Assembly (NCBI RefSeq): GCF_036365525.1
Contig: NC_090386.1
Span: 62,514,956 to 62,578,955 of the forward strand
Direction of reading: 5' to 3'
Origin: Heterodontus francisci
Lineage: Eukaryota
Length of the DNA stretch: 64,000 nucleotides
The position numbers and the translations under genes were made by a program. The notes under the pieces were generated by a model. That model was not told the DNA's origin. It ran no database searches and saw only the letters and a program-made list of their open reading frames with translations. Below are positions 25,506 through 37,880 of this stretch, piece after piece (positions within the stretch are counted from its first letter, which is position 1; each line of letters begins with the position of its first letter).

Positions 25506-25830
25506 ATACCTATTGGAGAGTGAGACGCATTTAGGGGTCTCCTGCACTAACTGCCTGTTTCTTCTTGACTGTCTGGTGGTCACCCATTCCCTCTCTCCCT
25601 GCACGCTCTTAAACTGTGGAGTGACCGCATCTATAAATGTGCTATCCCAAAGTTCTCCTCCTCACGGATGCACTGCAGTGATGCCAGCTGCTGCTCAAGT
25701 TCCGCAACCCGGAACTCAAGCTGCTGGAGCCGATGACACTTCCTGCACATATGGTTAACTAGGACCCGAGGAGTGTCCTGTAGTGGCACATAGCACAAGA
25801 TGTGCACTCCTGAGGATGGAGTAGCCCTGC
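25506..25830 (-). mobile_element. CR1 ORF1 fragment
   Basis: WVTTRQSRRNRQLVQETPKCVSLSNRYS resembles the WVT..R..VQE.P...LSNRY segment of CR1 ORF1. Confidence 0.55.
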
Positions 25831-26434
25831 CATTTCTTTATCTAGTAGATAATAAACCTTGATACAACAAATAAACCCTCATTTTTTTTTCCATTTAACA
25901 CGGATCCCTCAATTAAAGATATTCACCCACCAACTTCTGAGCGAGGGCAGGGAACATATGCGACAGTCATGTTAACACATAAGGCACAGCGAGTTGTGGT
26001 TATTGGATATGCTTGTTGCTAAAGGTTTCAGTTCACACATTAACTCTGTTTGAAGGTTAGATTCCCAATAAAAAGAGCTAGATCCTGTAAAGTTGTACGC
26101 AATTAACTGCAGCTACTTTTCTTGTACAATTAAAATATGTGCAACATTTCCAAGCTACATTACTTTTAATTGTAACAGGATTATAGTTGCTTAATTTTGA
26201 GGCAGGGTGAAGAGGCCATGCCTCTAGGCTTTACTAGGAAATAGCTCTTGAGCTTTTCGCATTTACAGAATTCTGTCACTAACTGCTAAATTCACCACTG
26301 CTGCAAGTTTGATTTTTATGTACTTCCGTGTTCCCCTCCCACCCCATGTAATAGAATGTTGGCCCTGTGTTTTAAGTTATGAAAAACTAATATCCCACTG
26401 TACTTTTAAATTTCCAACTATTTTCCCTTTGACC

Positions 26435-26797
26435 TAAAGGCCTGCTACCTGACCCGAACCCGACAGGACCTGACGACATGAGTCGGGTTCGGGTCACACT
26501 TCTGAGTCCGGCATTCGGGTTCGGGTCAGGTCGGGCCAGGCCGGATAGGACACGGTCGATCACTGCCTCTGGTAAGTGACTCTAATGTTAATTTACTTTT
26601 TGGACTTGAAAGGTGGTTTTGTTAGTTATTTTAAGCTAGTGCAGGTAAGGAACAAAGTGAAAAATGGAAGGTAGGTTAACTGTTGGTTGGGTTAGGTGCA
26701 GGAAAAAAAAAATGGAAGGACTTGGGCCAGGTCGGGATCGGATGGGGTTTTGTCGGGCTCGGGTGTGGTCTCATTTGCAGACCCGAGCAGGCCTTTA
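26435..26797. mobile_element. hAT-type MITE
   Basis: Perfect 12 bp TIR TAAAGGCCTGCT/AGCAGGCCTTTA, 8 bp TSD ctttgacc/ctttgact, subterminal GACCCGA/TCGGGTC repeats. Confidence 0.88.
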
Positions 26798-26869
26798 CTT
26801 TGACTAACAAATCAATGATATTCTGCAGTTACTAATTTATTAAATCACACTCTCTCCCCCACTTTAAAT

Positions 26870-28660
26870 GCCCTTGTCCCCATTAGAACTATTATTCTTC
26901 CCCAAATCATTCCCCATCGGTATTCCCCTCATCTCCGCTCCCTCAAGTCCAAGGGATGGAGATTTGAATGTCTATAGTGCACAACTGGTTTAACCATCCA
27001 CTGGCAGATCTGAATGGACTACATAAAGCTTTATTGGATTATACTCTCCATTGCAAAAAATTTTCACTATTCTAAGACCCTCCAGGAATGCTTCTCCACC
27101 ATAAAATAGTCTTAAACCACCCTCTCCTGTCTTGTCCACACTCACTTCTAACACTGACTGCAAGGAGCTCATCGACTTTTTTTGTCACAAGAATAGAAAC
27201 CATCTGTTTTAGCTGCCTCTGCCACTTCTCCCCCTTTACCAGGCCAGAGACTAACCTCCCAAAATGTTGCTCATTGCCCTAGCCCTGAACTTGTGCCTTC
27301 CTCTAGATTCTATCCCATCTCCTGCAAAACTCTCTCCAACTGGTCTGAGACCCACCCCCTGCTCCCTCGATCCTATTGCACCCAAACTGCTAATCACTCA
27401 ACTTCACTTCCTAAGCCTCATGTCAGCTGATATTGTTAAATGGTTCCCTCTCTTCAGATACTGTTGTTCCTCCACCCATTTCAAACCTACTGCCGTCACC
27501 CCTCTCAAGAAAACCTATCCTTGACCCCTCTGCCCTTGCCAACAACCACCATGTCTCAAATCTACCTTTCCCCCCCCCCAAAGTCCTTTAACATGGTATG
27601 GTTTCCCAAATCTATACCCATCTTTCCTGTGTTTGAATCTCTCCAAATCAGGTTTCTGGCCTGACCACAGTACTGAAAGCCCTTAAAGTTACTAATGAAG
27701 TTCTTTGTGATGGTGACCATGCAAAGTTATCCCTCCTCAAAGTTATCTGCAGCTTTCAACATAGTTGACCACACTATCCTCCTCCAATGTCTCTCCTATG
27801 ACATCTAACTGAGTCAAAGTCCTCTTGGTCGATTCCATGCTTATCAAATCAAAAACAGAGTATCTGCAATGGGTTCCCCTCTCACCCCCACACTGTTAAG
27901 GCTGGAGGCCCCCAAGGATCTCTCTTTAGACTCCTATTTCTCATCCACATGCTACGCTTCAAAAGTTATCATCTGAAAGGACAGCATCATGTTCCACATT
28001 TATGCAGATGACACTCGGCTCTATCTCATCAACACATCTTTAGACCTCTCAATCGGTCTTTAATTTGTCACACTGCTGGTCCGACATCCAATATTGGATG
28101 AGCAGAAATTTCCACCAACTTTATATTGCCAAGACTAAAGCCATTATCTTTGGTGCCTGCCACAAACTCCATTCCTTGACCTTAGATTAACAAAGGCCAC
28201 TCGCAGCTTTGGTCTTATGTTTGACACAGAGAGGAGTTTCCAACCTCATATCCACACCATCACCAAGACTGCCGAACATCTACCTGCGTAACATCGCTCA
28301 ATTCTGACTGTGCTTCAGTTCATCTGTCCCCATCCATACTTCTTTGCCTCTACACTTCACTATCCCAATGTACTCTTGGCCGACCTCCTACATGCTATCG
28401 TCTGTAAACTTGAGGTCATCCAAAACTCTGCGGCCCGTGTCCTTACTCACATGACGTCCCCTTCACCCATCAGCCCTAGTCTTGCTGACCTTCACTGGTT
28501 CCCAGTCCAACAACACATCACCATTGGTGGCCATGCTTTCAGATGCCTTGCCCAGAGGCTCAAATTTTCTCCCTACATCTCTCTCTCTCTTTTTAACATG
28601 CTCCTAAAAACCAACCTTCTTGATCAAGCTTTTGGTCAACGGTCCTGGAAACGCTTGAAA
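26870..28660 (+). mobile_element. Degenerate L2-type LINE
   Basis: PTPCSLDPIAPKLL, ttccacatttatgcagatgacact (FHIYADDT), KLEVIQNSAARVLT and LADLHWFPV. Confidence 0.82.
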
Positions 28661-31600
28661 TAACATCTACCCTGGACATAAAGCACCATGTTTAAAAAGC
28701 TGTTTACTGGCAATGCTAGCAACTCATTCACCTAGAATTTCCATTAGCATGATGGATTAAAAGCATTAACAGAACTTTAATTGAAGCTTTCAATATTAAT
28801 GACATTAATTTTGCATTCAGATGGCCATTCTATTTCTTCAGCCAAAGGCAAAACACATATCCAGCAGAAGTTAGGACAGCTGCTAGGAATAAAAATTTCC
28901 AACAAAAAATTCTAAAAATACAGTGACCACCACAAACCAACAAGGCCTGAGCATCTAATGCTATGTACATCTCTAACTGAAGAATTCTCATCTTAGGAAG
29001 TGAAAATTGGCAGCCTGCTTTGAGTGAATTTTCCCTATCCAATCAGACTGGCAAATGATGTAATTGCATTACAAATACAAAAGACAATTTTAAAATATTA
29101 AGTTTCTACTGCAGTAATCACAACATTAAACTGCAAGCTTCACAGCAAATATCTTAATGCTTACCACAAAGTCAGGATTAAAACTGTATTGCTTTCCTTC
29201 CCAAGCAATATTAACTACTGGTCTTATTATGATCGGTTTAAGAAATTAGACAAACTTTTTCAAGTCTGACCAAAAATAACTGGTTTTGAAACCAAATCAA
29301 AACTGTGATCAACATAGCGCTCTTTGTTCACACTGTTGTGTTCCCATAAAAACTCAGTGCATTGTTAATTAACTCTTCAATCCATACAAACACAGTGAGG
29401 AGCATGCCTCAAGGATCACATGGAACTAGTGGGACTAGTACCGGGCTACAGATTCTTTCTTCCCAGATGTGTATCTGCAGTTCCTGATGGACAGTGTCCA
29501 GAACAATTCATTTTTCTCCATACACAATATAAACTCAGAAGGTTACTGCAGTAAATCTGGTAACTAAGCAATGAATCACAGGAGAGCTCTTATGATCTAA
29601 AGCATTATACAGAATAGTATATCAAAAGAAATGTTTTGTTTTCATTCAAGTCATAGTTGCCATCTTGTTTATAGGCATGTACAAAACTTAAATCTGTTCA
29701 ACAAAAACAAGTTACTCAGAAAATGCACTACCAATAAATTCATTATTTTTGCAGAGTCCATTTTTGGCTCATTAATGAAACTCATCTCTTGTTAAAAAAA
29801 AGCAGCCTGTCTGCTCTTTGGCATGAAATAGAATAAAACCCCTATTGTCCAAGAGCCCAGCAGAGTGGGACAAAGGCCCAGTTGCTCCATGGTGTGTGTG
29901 AATGACAGCAAACTTCCCCCTTTTCTCTTTCATAACCAACAGTGTTCCTTGGCAAATACAAGAAAACTAAGTATTTATTCATGACTGGTGTTTTGAACAG
30001 CTAAAGCTTGATGCACGCTTTCCTCCAACTGAAGGAAATTTAAAGTGGCAATGGCTTTGTAATAAAAAGTTTGGCAAATCTTTTTCCTCTGTTTGCAGAT
30101 ACACATGGCAATGGCAAATCACGTATCATCCAAAAATGATGCACAGGTCTGCGTGCATCTCAAAGTAAAAAAAAACGACCAAAATCACTTTTTCTGTGAA
30201 GTTAGTGCTCAACTCAAAGTTTGGCATGTCTCATTTTGAGCAATGATATGGCTTCTTGTCATCAAACTGGTCAATAAACTCCATTCAGAGCAATATCCCA
30301 CCGAAAAAAATAAGTTTAACATGAAGGCAATTTGGCAAACACAGGTAGCTACAGTGGAACTGTTTATGCATGTAGGAAGTTTGCATTTCCAAGTCAATGT
30401 TTATTGTCAATACTTCTTGACCAAACAAAAAGTAGTATTTTGACCAAGATGGTGCTTAATTAAATTAATTGTTTACAGTAATAGGACAAATTCTGAAGCA
30501 TGCACACAAAGTACTTTAATGGAACATATACAATTTCATTATAAAAACACTGGGGGAAAAAGGAAGATGAATTCAGATACCTCGGAGGCTTCTCAGTCAT
30601 CTGTATGCAATTGGTCTATTGTACTTGCAATTTTCTTAGGACAAATTTTTCATCAAGCATAAAATGGTACATATACTTGAAACAGCAATTGTACAAATGT
30701 TCAGTCAACTTGTATTATGACAAAAATTTAGCTCAATTTGGGGCTTTCTTTCCCAAATTATTCATAAAATCATTACATTCAAGACAATTGTTTTGACAAA
30801 TTTTCTAATAGATTAGTGTTCTCTGTGCACTAATTTCAGCAGCTGCAAACAAACCATATTGTTTGTACTTGAGCTCGCACAACCAAGCAATTTTTATTCA
30901 CGAATATGAAGGTCATCACTGCTGACTACAACATTGATACTCAATATCCAGTTTCAGAACAGCAATACTTAGGTAGGCTGGACTATTTTAAGTGATTAAT
31001 CTGACTTCTGGAGAGGCATAGGCTGATAGCACACAACATCAAGAGCTTAAAAGATTAAATCTTTGCTTTATGTTTTATAACAATGACAAGGAGTGCCTGC
31101 ATTTGAAAAATATGGTACGATCAGAATTTGTTGCACCATTATCTCAAATCAATCCATTCACCATTTTATGATGCACATAAATACTCGACAAAGTTTATTT
31201 TATTCTGAAGAGAATAAGCAATTTTTCCATTTATAAAAGACCAATCACACAGAGAAGACTCAGCAGTCTGAGGTGTATGAAATTATTAATAAAAACAGCC
31301 AGCTAATTTATGCACAATTTACCATGATAGGATGACGCACAATCCACCCCAATGTTGAAACGGTTGTGTCCGAGAACTAGCATACTTCCTATCCAAGTAT
31401 AAATCTCTGTACAATAAATAAAGCAGAGATAGTGTACTTGTAACTTGGGCAAATGCACTTCAAATTAGTCAAGTTAAATCTATGAATATTATATGATACT
31501 ACATATCAGTTAGACAAATCCTCAAAAGATTACAAACTCCACCCTTCTGGAGAAACTGATACATCATATGACAATGATCCATTGGGATGAATTCTATGTA

Positions 31601-32391
31601 AGAAAGAATGCCAGATTAGTAAAGGATAACACTACATGATAGGTTTAGCAGCCAACCAAACTTTCATTTATCCTTACATTTTTAAAATGCCGAGCATTGG
31701 AGTTTTTGTTTTAAATAAAAATATAAATAGTCAAATGCAATTAATATTGCACACTTTGGTACAATTAAAGTGGCAATAATTGTCATTTTACATGCATCTT
31801 GGATGAAGGAATGGGGACCAGATGACAACTGATATTTGTAAACATACACAATGGTAAAGCTCGAAAAGTCTTTTGAAGAACTTTCAAAATTACTACAAAG
31901 TCTGTGGAGCTCTGCAGCTTTGAGTCTGTTAACACCTTTCAGAAAGAGCACACAAAGCAAAATTGGGTTTAATTACAATTCAAGAAAGGAAAAATGGAGT
32001 CAAAAGAAACAAACATGCAGATTAAGATCACTCCTTCTTTAGAGCATATCTCCCTCTTGGATGTTCTGCTAAATTTTCCCTCCAATTTTCCGACCTCAAC
32101 ACTTCTTTGCTAAAGGTGGTGATGCATGCTGTATCAATAGCGTTAGCCCTCTAATACCTCACCTGAATGGCCATTCATCATATAAAAGCCTGGATGTCAA
32201 GTGCTAGATATCCATTTCAGCATAAGATACATCACAACCAAAATCAGCCTCATCTTTAACCAATGTCCCATAGTGCACTTCCAACACAGGATCAAATATT
32301 GAATAGGAGCAGGAATCTGTATCAATCTCCCTCCGCTCCCAACCTAGAGTACTGAAGATGTGCCTTTGTGGGTTCTTTGATGAAATCAGCT

Positions 32392-32715
32392 GAAAAAAAA
32401 ACTTGCATTTCTACAGTGCCTTTCAGAACATCAAGATATCCCAAAGCACTTTGCAGCCAATTAAGTACTTTTGAAGCATAGTCACTGTTGTAACGTAGAA
32501 AATGCAGCAGCCAATTTGCAAACAGGAAGCTCCTACAAACAGCAATGTAATAATGAACAGGTAATCTGCTTTTGTGGTGTTGACTGAGGAATAAATAGCG
32601 GCCAGGACACAGGGGATAACTCCCCTGCTCTTCAAAATAGTGCCATGGGATTTCTACATCCACCCGAGGGCAGGCAGGACCTCGGTTTAACACCTCATCT
32701 GAAAGCCAACAGTAC
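32392..32715 (-). mobile_element. Deu-domain SINE fragment
   Basis: Reverse complement homology to 16670-16978. Confidence 0.78.
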
Positions 32716-33593
32716 AAACCATGGAATGAAAATTGAACCTTCCTGACTGGTTATGCCTGTGTGCAGTATCACAGAATGCATTTACTCAGTCATCTGAGTT
32801 GATGGACTTCCTCAAATATTAATGCTGATAATGTCTGAAGGAGTTGCAATGGACAGATCAGACATAGGCGACATGATTTTCAAAGAGACTGCAACAAGCT
32901 TTCGAGGCCCATAATAACAAAAATTAAAAAAGATTACAACAGGAGCTAATTTAAAGGAGCATATAAAAAGATATTTTTACATTGCATTTGGGATATCTGG
33001 TAACCAAAGATAACTTAGCCAGATGTCAATATCTTAATTAATTCAAGAAGTTTTTAAATAATACATATGGTCAAGCCTTTTTGTTAAAACAAAAAGAAAA
33101 ATCAATTCATACTTAAAGCCATGGAACCAAAGCAGAGAAATTCAAATCTTAAACAAAAAAAAAAGACTGGTGTCAGTGAAATATGAGAAGTTATTGACTT
33201 AATTAAAAAGGAGGAATCATTCAAGGACAATGAAAAATTTGGCATGGATTTTTCCCCATAGATAAAGCTTTATGAGCAGGTTTGAACAGATGAGGATCAA
33301 AGGCCTTGATATAGTTGGTCATTCAAAGGTTGCAAAATGTGATAAGTCATAAAGATCTCTTAATCAATGCTGGAAGTGTTATTTAGCATCACTATTCTGT
33401 CTTCACAAAATGCCAGAAGACATACCCAGAGGTTGTAAAGATTCAAGTAACTTGAAAAAAAATCCTCCATCTGCTCACACTAATTATTTACTTAAAGAAA
33501 ATACTGGATATTAAACACAACCAGCACACTACCATTAATATACTATACAAGTCTATTATTTGAAAATATATATATTGGTCAATTATTGACCAC

Positions 33594-33880
33594 TGTTACG
33601 AACCAGGTGAGAAATGGTTCGGGCTCCCCCTTTTGTGAATCCTTGTTCACAGCTTTCCAATTATAAGGCAAAGAAACCAACACACCAGGTTCTCTCAGGT
33701 TTAAAGTCTGACCACTTCTTCTGTGTATTGGGGAAGCAACGACTGGGTGCCCTTTGTTCCAACACTGTCGGTTACTATGCAAATGTCTTTCCAGTCAGGG
33801 ACTTGCAATTTTAAGTTTTAATGTTCATGTGGCAAAATCATGTGTGCCTCAGTCTTGGCAGGTGGGGGGTTTGCCTGACA
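33594..33880 (-). mobile_element. Internally deleted solo LTR (7098 family)
   Basis: TGTTACG...CTGACA termini with flanks accac/gccac; both ends match 7098-7981. Confidence 0.65.
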
Positions 33881-34373
33881 GCCACCAACAAATATCAAAC
33901 ACATCATCATTTCAGTCAAAGTTCTGAGAAAAATCAAGTGGCACATAATCCTACATAGCTGTCATTCACCAGCCTTTTCATCATTTAAAAAGGACATCTG
34001 GGAACCAGTACTTTCAGCCAAATGGGGTTTGAGTGGGCTTCTAGCATTCTGGTTTGCACTGCAATTCTATCACACTTTCCATTCTGAACAATTCAACTGA
34101 CTCTGAAAATTCATTTTAATAATGCTCCGACAATACCCACAATTACCTTAAAAATGCCATGTCATGAAAAAACTATTTTTCCTTTGTACAGCACATTTTC
34201 TAAGTCTTAAACCCAGAACTCCATTTTAGCTAATTTATAAAGTCCAAACTTTTCCTGCAGCCTTTCTGCAAAATGCACACTGGAAGCTAAGTGTTGCACC
34301 ATCAATGACTTCACTTATCGAAGTAAAATAAACCATATTTTCCAATTTTAAATTAAATTCGAGGCTCCAAATC

Positions 34374-35315
34374 CTTCCTTTCTTTCTTTGGCCTCCTTGT
34401 CTCAAGACACAATGGGTAAGCGCCTGGAGGTGGTCAGTAGTTTGTGAAGCAACGCCTGGAGTGGCTATAAAGGCCAATTCTAGAGTGACAGACTCTTCCA
34501 CAGGTGCTGCAGATAAAATTGGTTGTCGGGGCTGTTACACAGTTGGCTCTCCCCTTGCGCTTCTGTCTTTTCTCTGCCAACTGTTAAGTCTCTTTGACTC
34601 GCCACACTTTAGCCCCGCCTTTATGGTTGCCCGCCAGCTCTGGCAATCACTGGCAACTGACTCCCACGACTTGTGATCAATGTCACAGGACTTCATGTTG
34701 CATTTGCAGATGTCTTTAAAGCGGAGACATGGACGGCTGGCGGGTCTGGTACCAGTGACGTGCTCGCTGTACAATGTGTCCTTGGGGATCCTGCCATCTT
34801 CCATGCGGCTCACATGGCCAAGCCATCTCAGGCGCCGCTGTCTCAGTAGGGTGTATATACTGAGGATGTTGGCCGCCTCAAGGACTACTGTGTTGGAGAT
34901 ACGGTCCTGCCACCTGATGCCAAGTATTCTCCGGAGGCAGAAAAGATGGAATGAATTGAGACGTCGCTCTTGGCTGACATACATTGTCCAAGCCTCGCTG
35001 CCAAAGAGCAAGGTACTGAGGACAAAGGCTTGATACACTCGGACTTTTGTGTTCCGTGTCAGTGCGCCATTTTCCCCACACTCTCTTGGCCAGTCTGGAC
35101 ATAGCAGTGGAAGCCTTTCCCATGCGCTTGTTGATTTCTGCATCGAGAGACAGGTTACTGGTAATAGTTGAGCCTAGGTAGGTGAACTCTCGAACCACTT
35201 CCAGAGCATAGTCGCCGATATTGATGGATGGAGCATTTCTGATGTCCTGTCCCAGGATGTTAGTTTTCTTGAGGCTGGTGGTTAGGCCAAATTCGTTGCA
35301 GGCAGCCGCAATCCT
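34374..35315 (-). mobile_element. 5'-truncated RTE LINE with ~90 bp flanking direct repeats
   Basis: Homologous to 18210-19140; direct repeats at 34286-34373 and 35316-35408. Confidence 0.93.
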
Positions 35316-37880
35316 GCTAAGTGTTGCACCATCAATGACTTCACTTATATAAGTAAAATAAACCATATTTTCCAATTTTAAATTAAATTAAATTCTGGGC
35401 TCCAAATCAGACTCCAAAATACTGGACTAAAAGCAGGGGTTACGGAGGACCGAGTGTCAAATCCAAAGTACCACCCTTGCTTTGCCCCTAACCTGGAATC
35501 AGACCAACACAAAAAGTTGTTGCTACGTTTAAGACTCTCCAAACCAAACTACTGAGAAATTCACACAAGTAAATATCAAACACTCACTTTCTCCTCTTCT
35601 CTCTTTCAGTTCCACTTACCAAGCTCCAGAGAGTTTGGTCAAAGATTGGCAATAGCCAAGGCTTGGGGGTTCCTGAAAGTGTATTATACTGGATTTTAAC
35701 CACCTAAAACCACAAGGCTTACCAGTGCAAAGTTACCTGCCAGATCAGACCACTATCAATTAAAGCATATAGCTTGCAGGGTTATCTGGAGCTGACTGGA
35801 AAGAACTTGAGCTCTCCATGACAAATTTACCCCTCATTGCGTATAAGCAAAGCTAAAAAAAAGTACACAGGACTATGCCAACCTTTCTGGCTCAGATGGC
35901 CAGAGGGTTGGCTCAAATTGCAATTCTTCCATCAGGTGTACTGTATTACAGCCAACATGATAGCCAAGATGTTCCACTTAGCCCTGCTCTCTCTTTGCCT
36001 CCTTCTCCACCATTGACAGCCACACCTGATGATAGTCACTGGTTGGTCATTAGACAACTACAGAGTAGGAGTTTGAGTACTCCACTTGGAAGACAGAAAA
36101 CTTCAAGCATTTCTCAAAACACACATCATCATCCACCCAAACACATCATGAGTAAACACATGGTTCCACCAGTTAAGATGCAGAGCAACAACTGCTTACT
36201 TCTTGCACCCAGTTATGACAGGCATCAAACCTTGGAGATCGAAGCAAATCATTTTATAACCAGCCTTGAAATAACACCTTCTGCCAAGGCTTAGAATTTC
36301 CTCATCAGCTGTGTGACAGATGTGCCTTCAGCGTGGTGCAAAGACTGATACATGGCAGATTATGATATGCAGCCACCTTGATGTTCTAGGCATCAACATG
36401 CAATGCCTGCACGAGGCTACTTGAACACATCTGCTAAATGCATTTTCTTGTAGAAGTAGTTTTGAAAAAGTGATGCATCTGCTGTGAGGTTAACTGTCCC
36501 TCTTGGGTGCTGAGTGACAGTCTCATGTAGGCCAGAGCGCTCTCACTGCAATAACTTCCCTTTTCTAACCAGAAATTCATCTGTCAACTTGGTTTTTGCA
36601 CATATGCCACATGGAACTCTTTGCATGCCATTAACTTATAAAATGTTCAGGACTACTATTTGGATACATCTTATATGCCACAAGTTTAACCAACATGAGG
36701 ACTCGCAGTTACTGAAAAAAAAAGATAGAAAATCCAAAAGCACCTTAGATCACTCAGCGAAGCCATGGCAAACTCTGCAAGCTGACAGACATATATCAGA
36801 ACCTCAGGTACTGACCAAACAATTGGGACAAATGTTCCCGGTGTTTTTCAGTCAATACCTTCAGGATTCCCATTTCAATGGTGAAAAGCCATATACAGCA
36901 TTTAACTGCAGCCAGCACCATATCCCACTGTTAGGTCCACTTTTGGATGGTCAGTAGAGATTACCTGATTCCCAGATGAGTCCAACAAACAAGCAATGCA
37001 GTTCTTTCAGTAATGCCTGGAATGGGCACTTCTATGATGATCCTTGAAGATACCAAAGATATCACTGATGAAACTGGCCAATCTGGCTTCATTCTCAATA
37101 GTTTTAGCAGGCCTCTATCAACACAAGTGTCTCAGAGCTGGAGAAAGCAGCTCATATAAAATCTACAATTTTTTTTTTATATTCATTCATGGGATGTGGG
37201 CGTTGCTGGCTAGGACAACATTTATTACCCATCCCTAATTCCCCTCGAGAAGGTGGCGGTCAGCTGCCTTCTTGAACCGCTGCAGTCCATGTGGTGTAGG
37301 TACAACTACAGTGCCATTGGGAAGAGAGTTCCAGGATTTTGACCCAGCAACAGTGAAGGAACGGCGGCGATACTGTTCCAAGTCAGGATGGTGTATGGCT
37401 TGGAGGGGAACTTGCAGGTGGTGGTGTTCCCATGCATCTGCTGCCCTTGTCCTTCTAGGTGATAGAAAAGTCACAGGTTTGGAAGGTGCTATCTAAGGAG
37501 CTTTGGTGCATTGCATCTTGTAGATGGTACATACTGCTGCCACTGTGTGTCAGTGGTGGAGGGAATGAATGTTTGTGGATGGAGTGTCAATCCAGAGGGC
37601 TGCTTTGTCCTGGATGGTGTCGAGCTTCTTGATTGTTATTGGAGCTGCACTTGTCCAGGCAAGTGGAGAATGTTTCATCACACTCCTGAATTGTGCCTTT
37701 TAGATGGTGGACAGGCTTTGGGGAATTGGGAGGCGAGTTACTCATCACAGGATTCTTAGCCTCTGACCTGCTGTTGTAGCCACGGTATTTATATGGCGAC
37801 TCCAGTTCAGTCTCTGGTCAATGGTAACCCCCAGGATCTTGATAGTGGGGGATTCAGCAATCGCAATGACTCTGAATGTC

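Noticed and set aside
26450-26545. Short interspersed GACCCGA/TCGGGTC repeats suggesting a CRISPR-like array
   Set aside because: They are subterminal repeats of a MITE with TIRs and TSD in a eukaryotic genome; no regular repeat-spacer period.
31540-31610. Minus-strand peptide SFLHRIHPNG resembling the start of PREX exon 2 (AFLHR...)
   Set aside because: No AG acceptor in front of it in phase 0, and similarity ends after five residues; probably chance.
35620-35672. Minus-strand segment bounded by ctttcag| and |gtaagt, a possible cassette exon
   Set aside because: It is 53 nt (frameshifting), shows no P-Rex similarity and has a weak polypyrimidine tract; unsupported without RNA data.
35875-36957. 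ORFs of 139 and 147 aa in non-repetitive-looking sequence
   Set aside because: No recognisable domain or splice structure; possibly a very old element, but it cannot be assigned.
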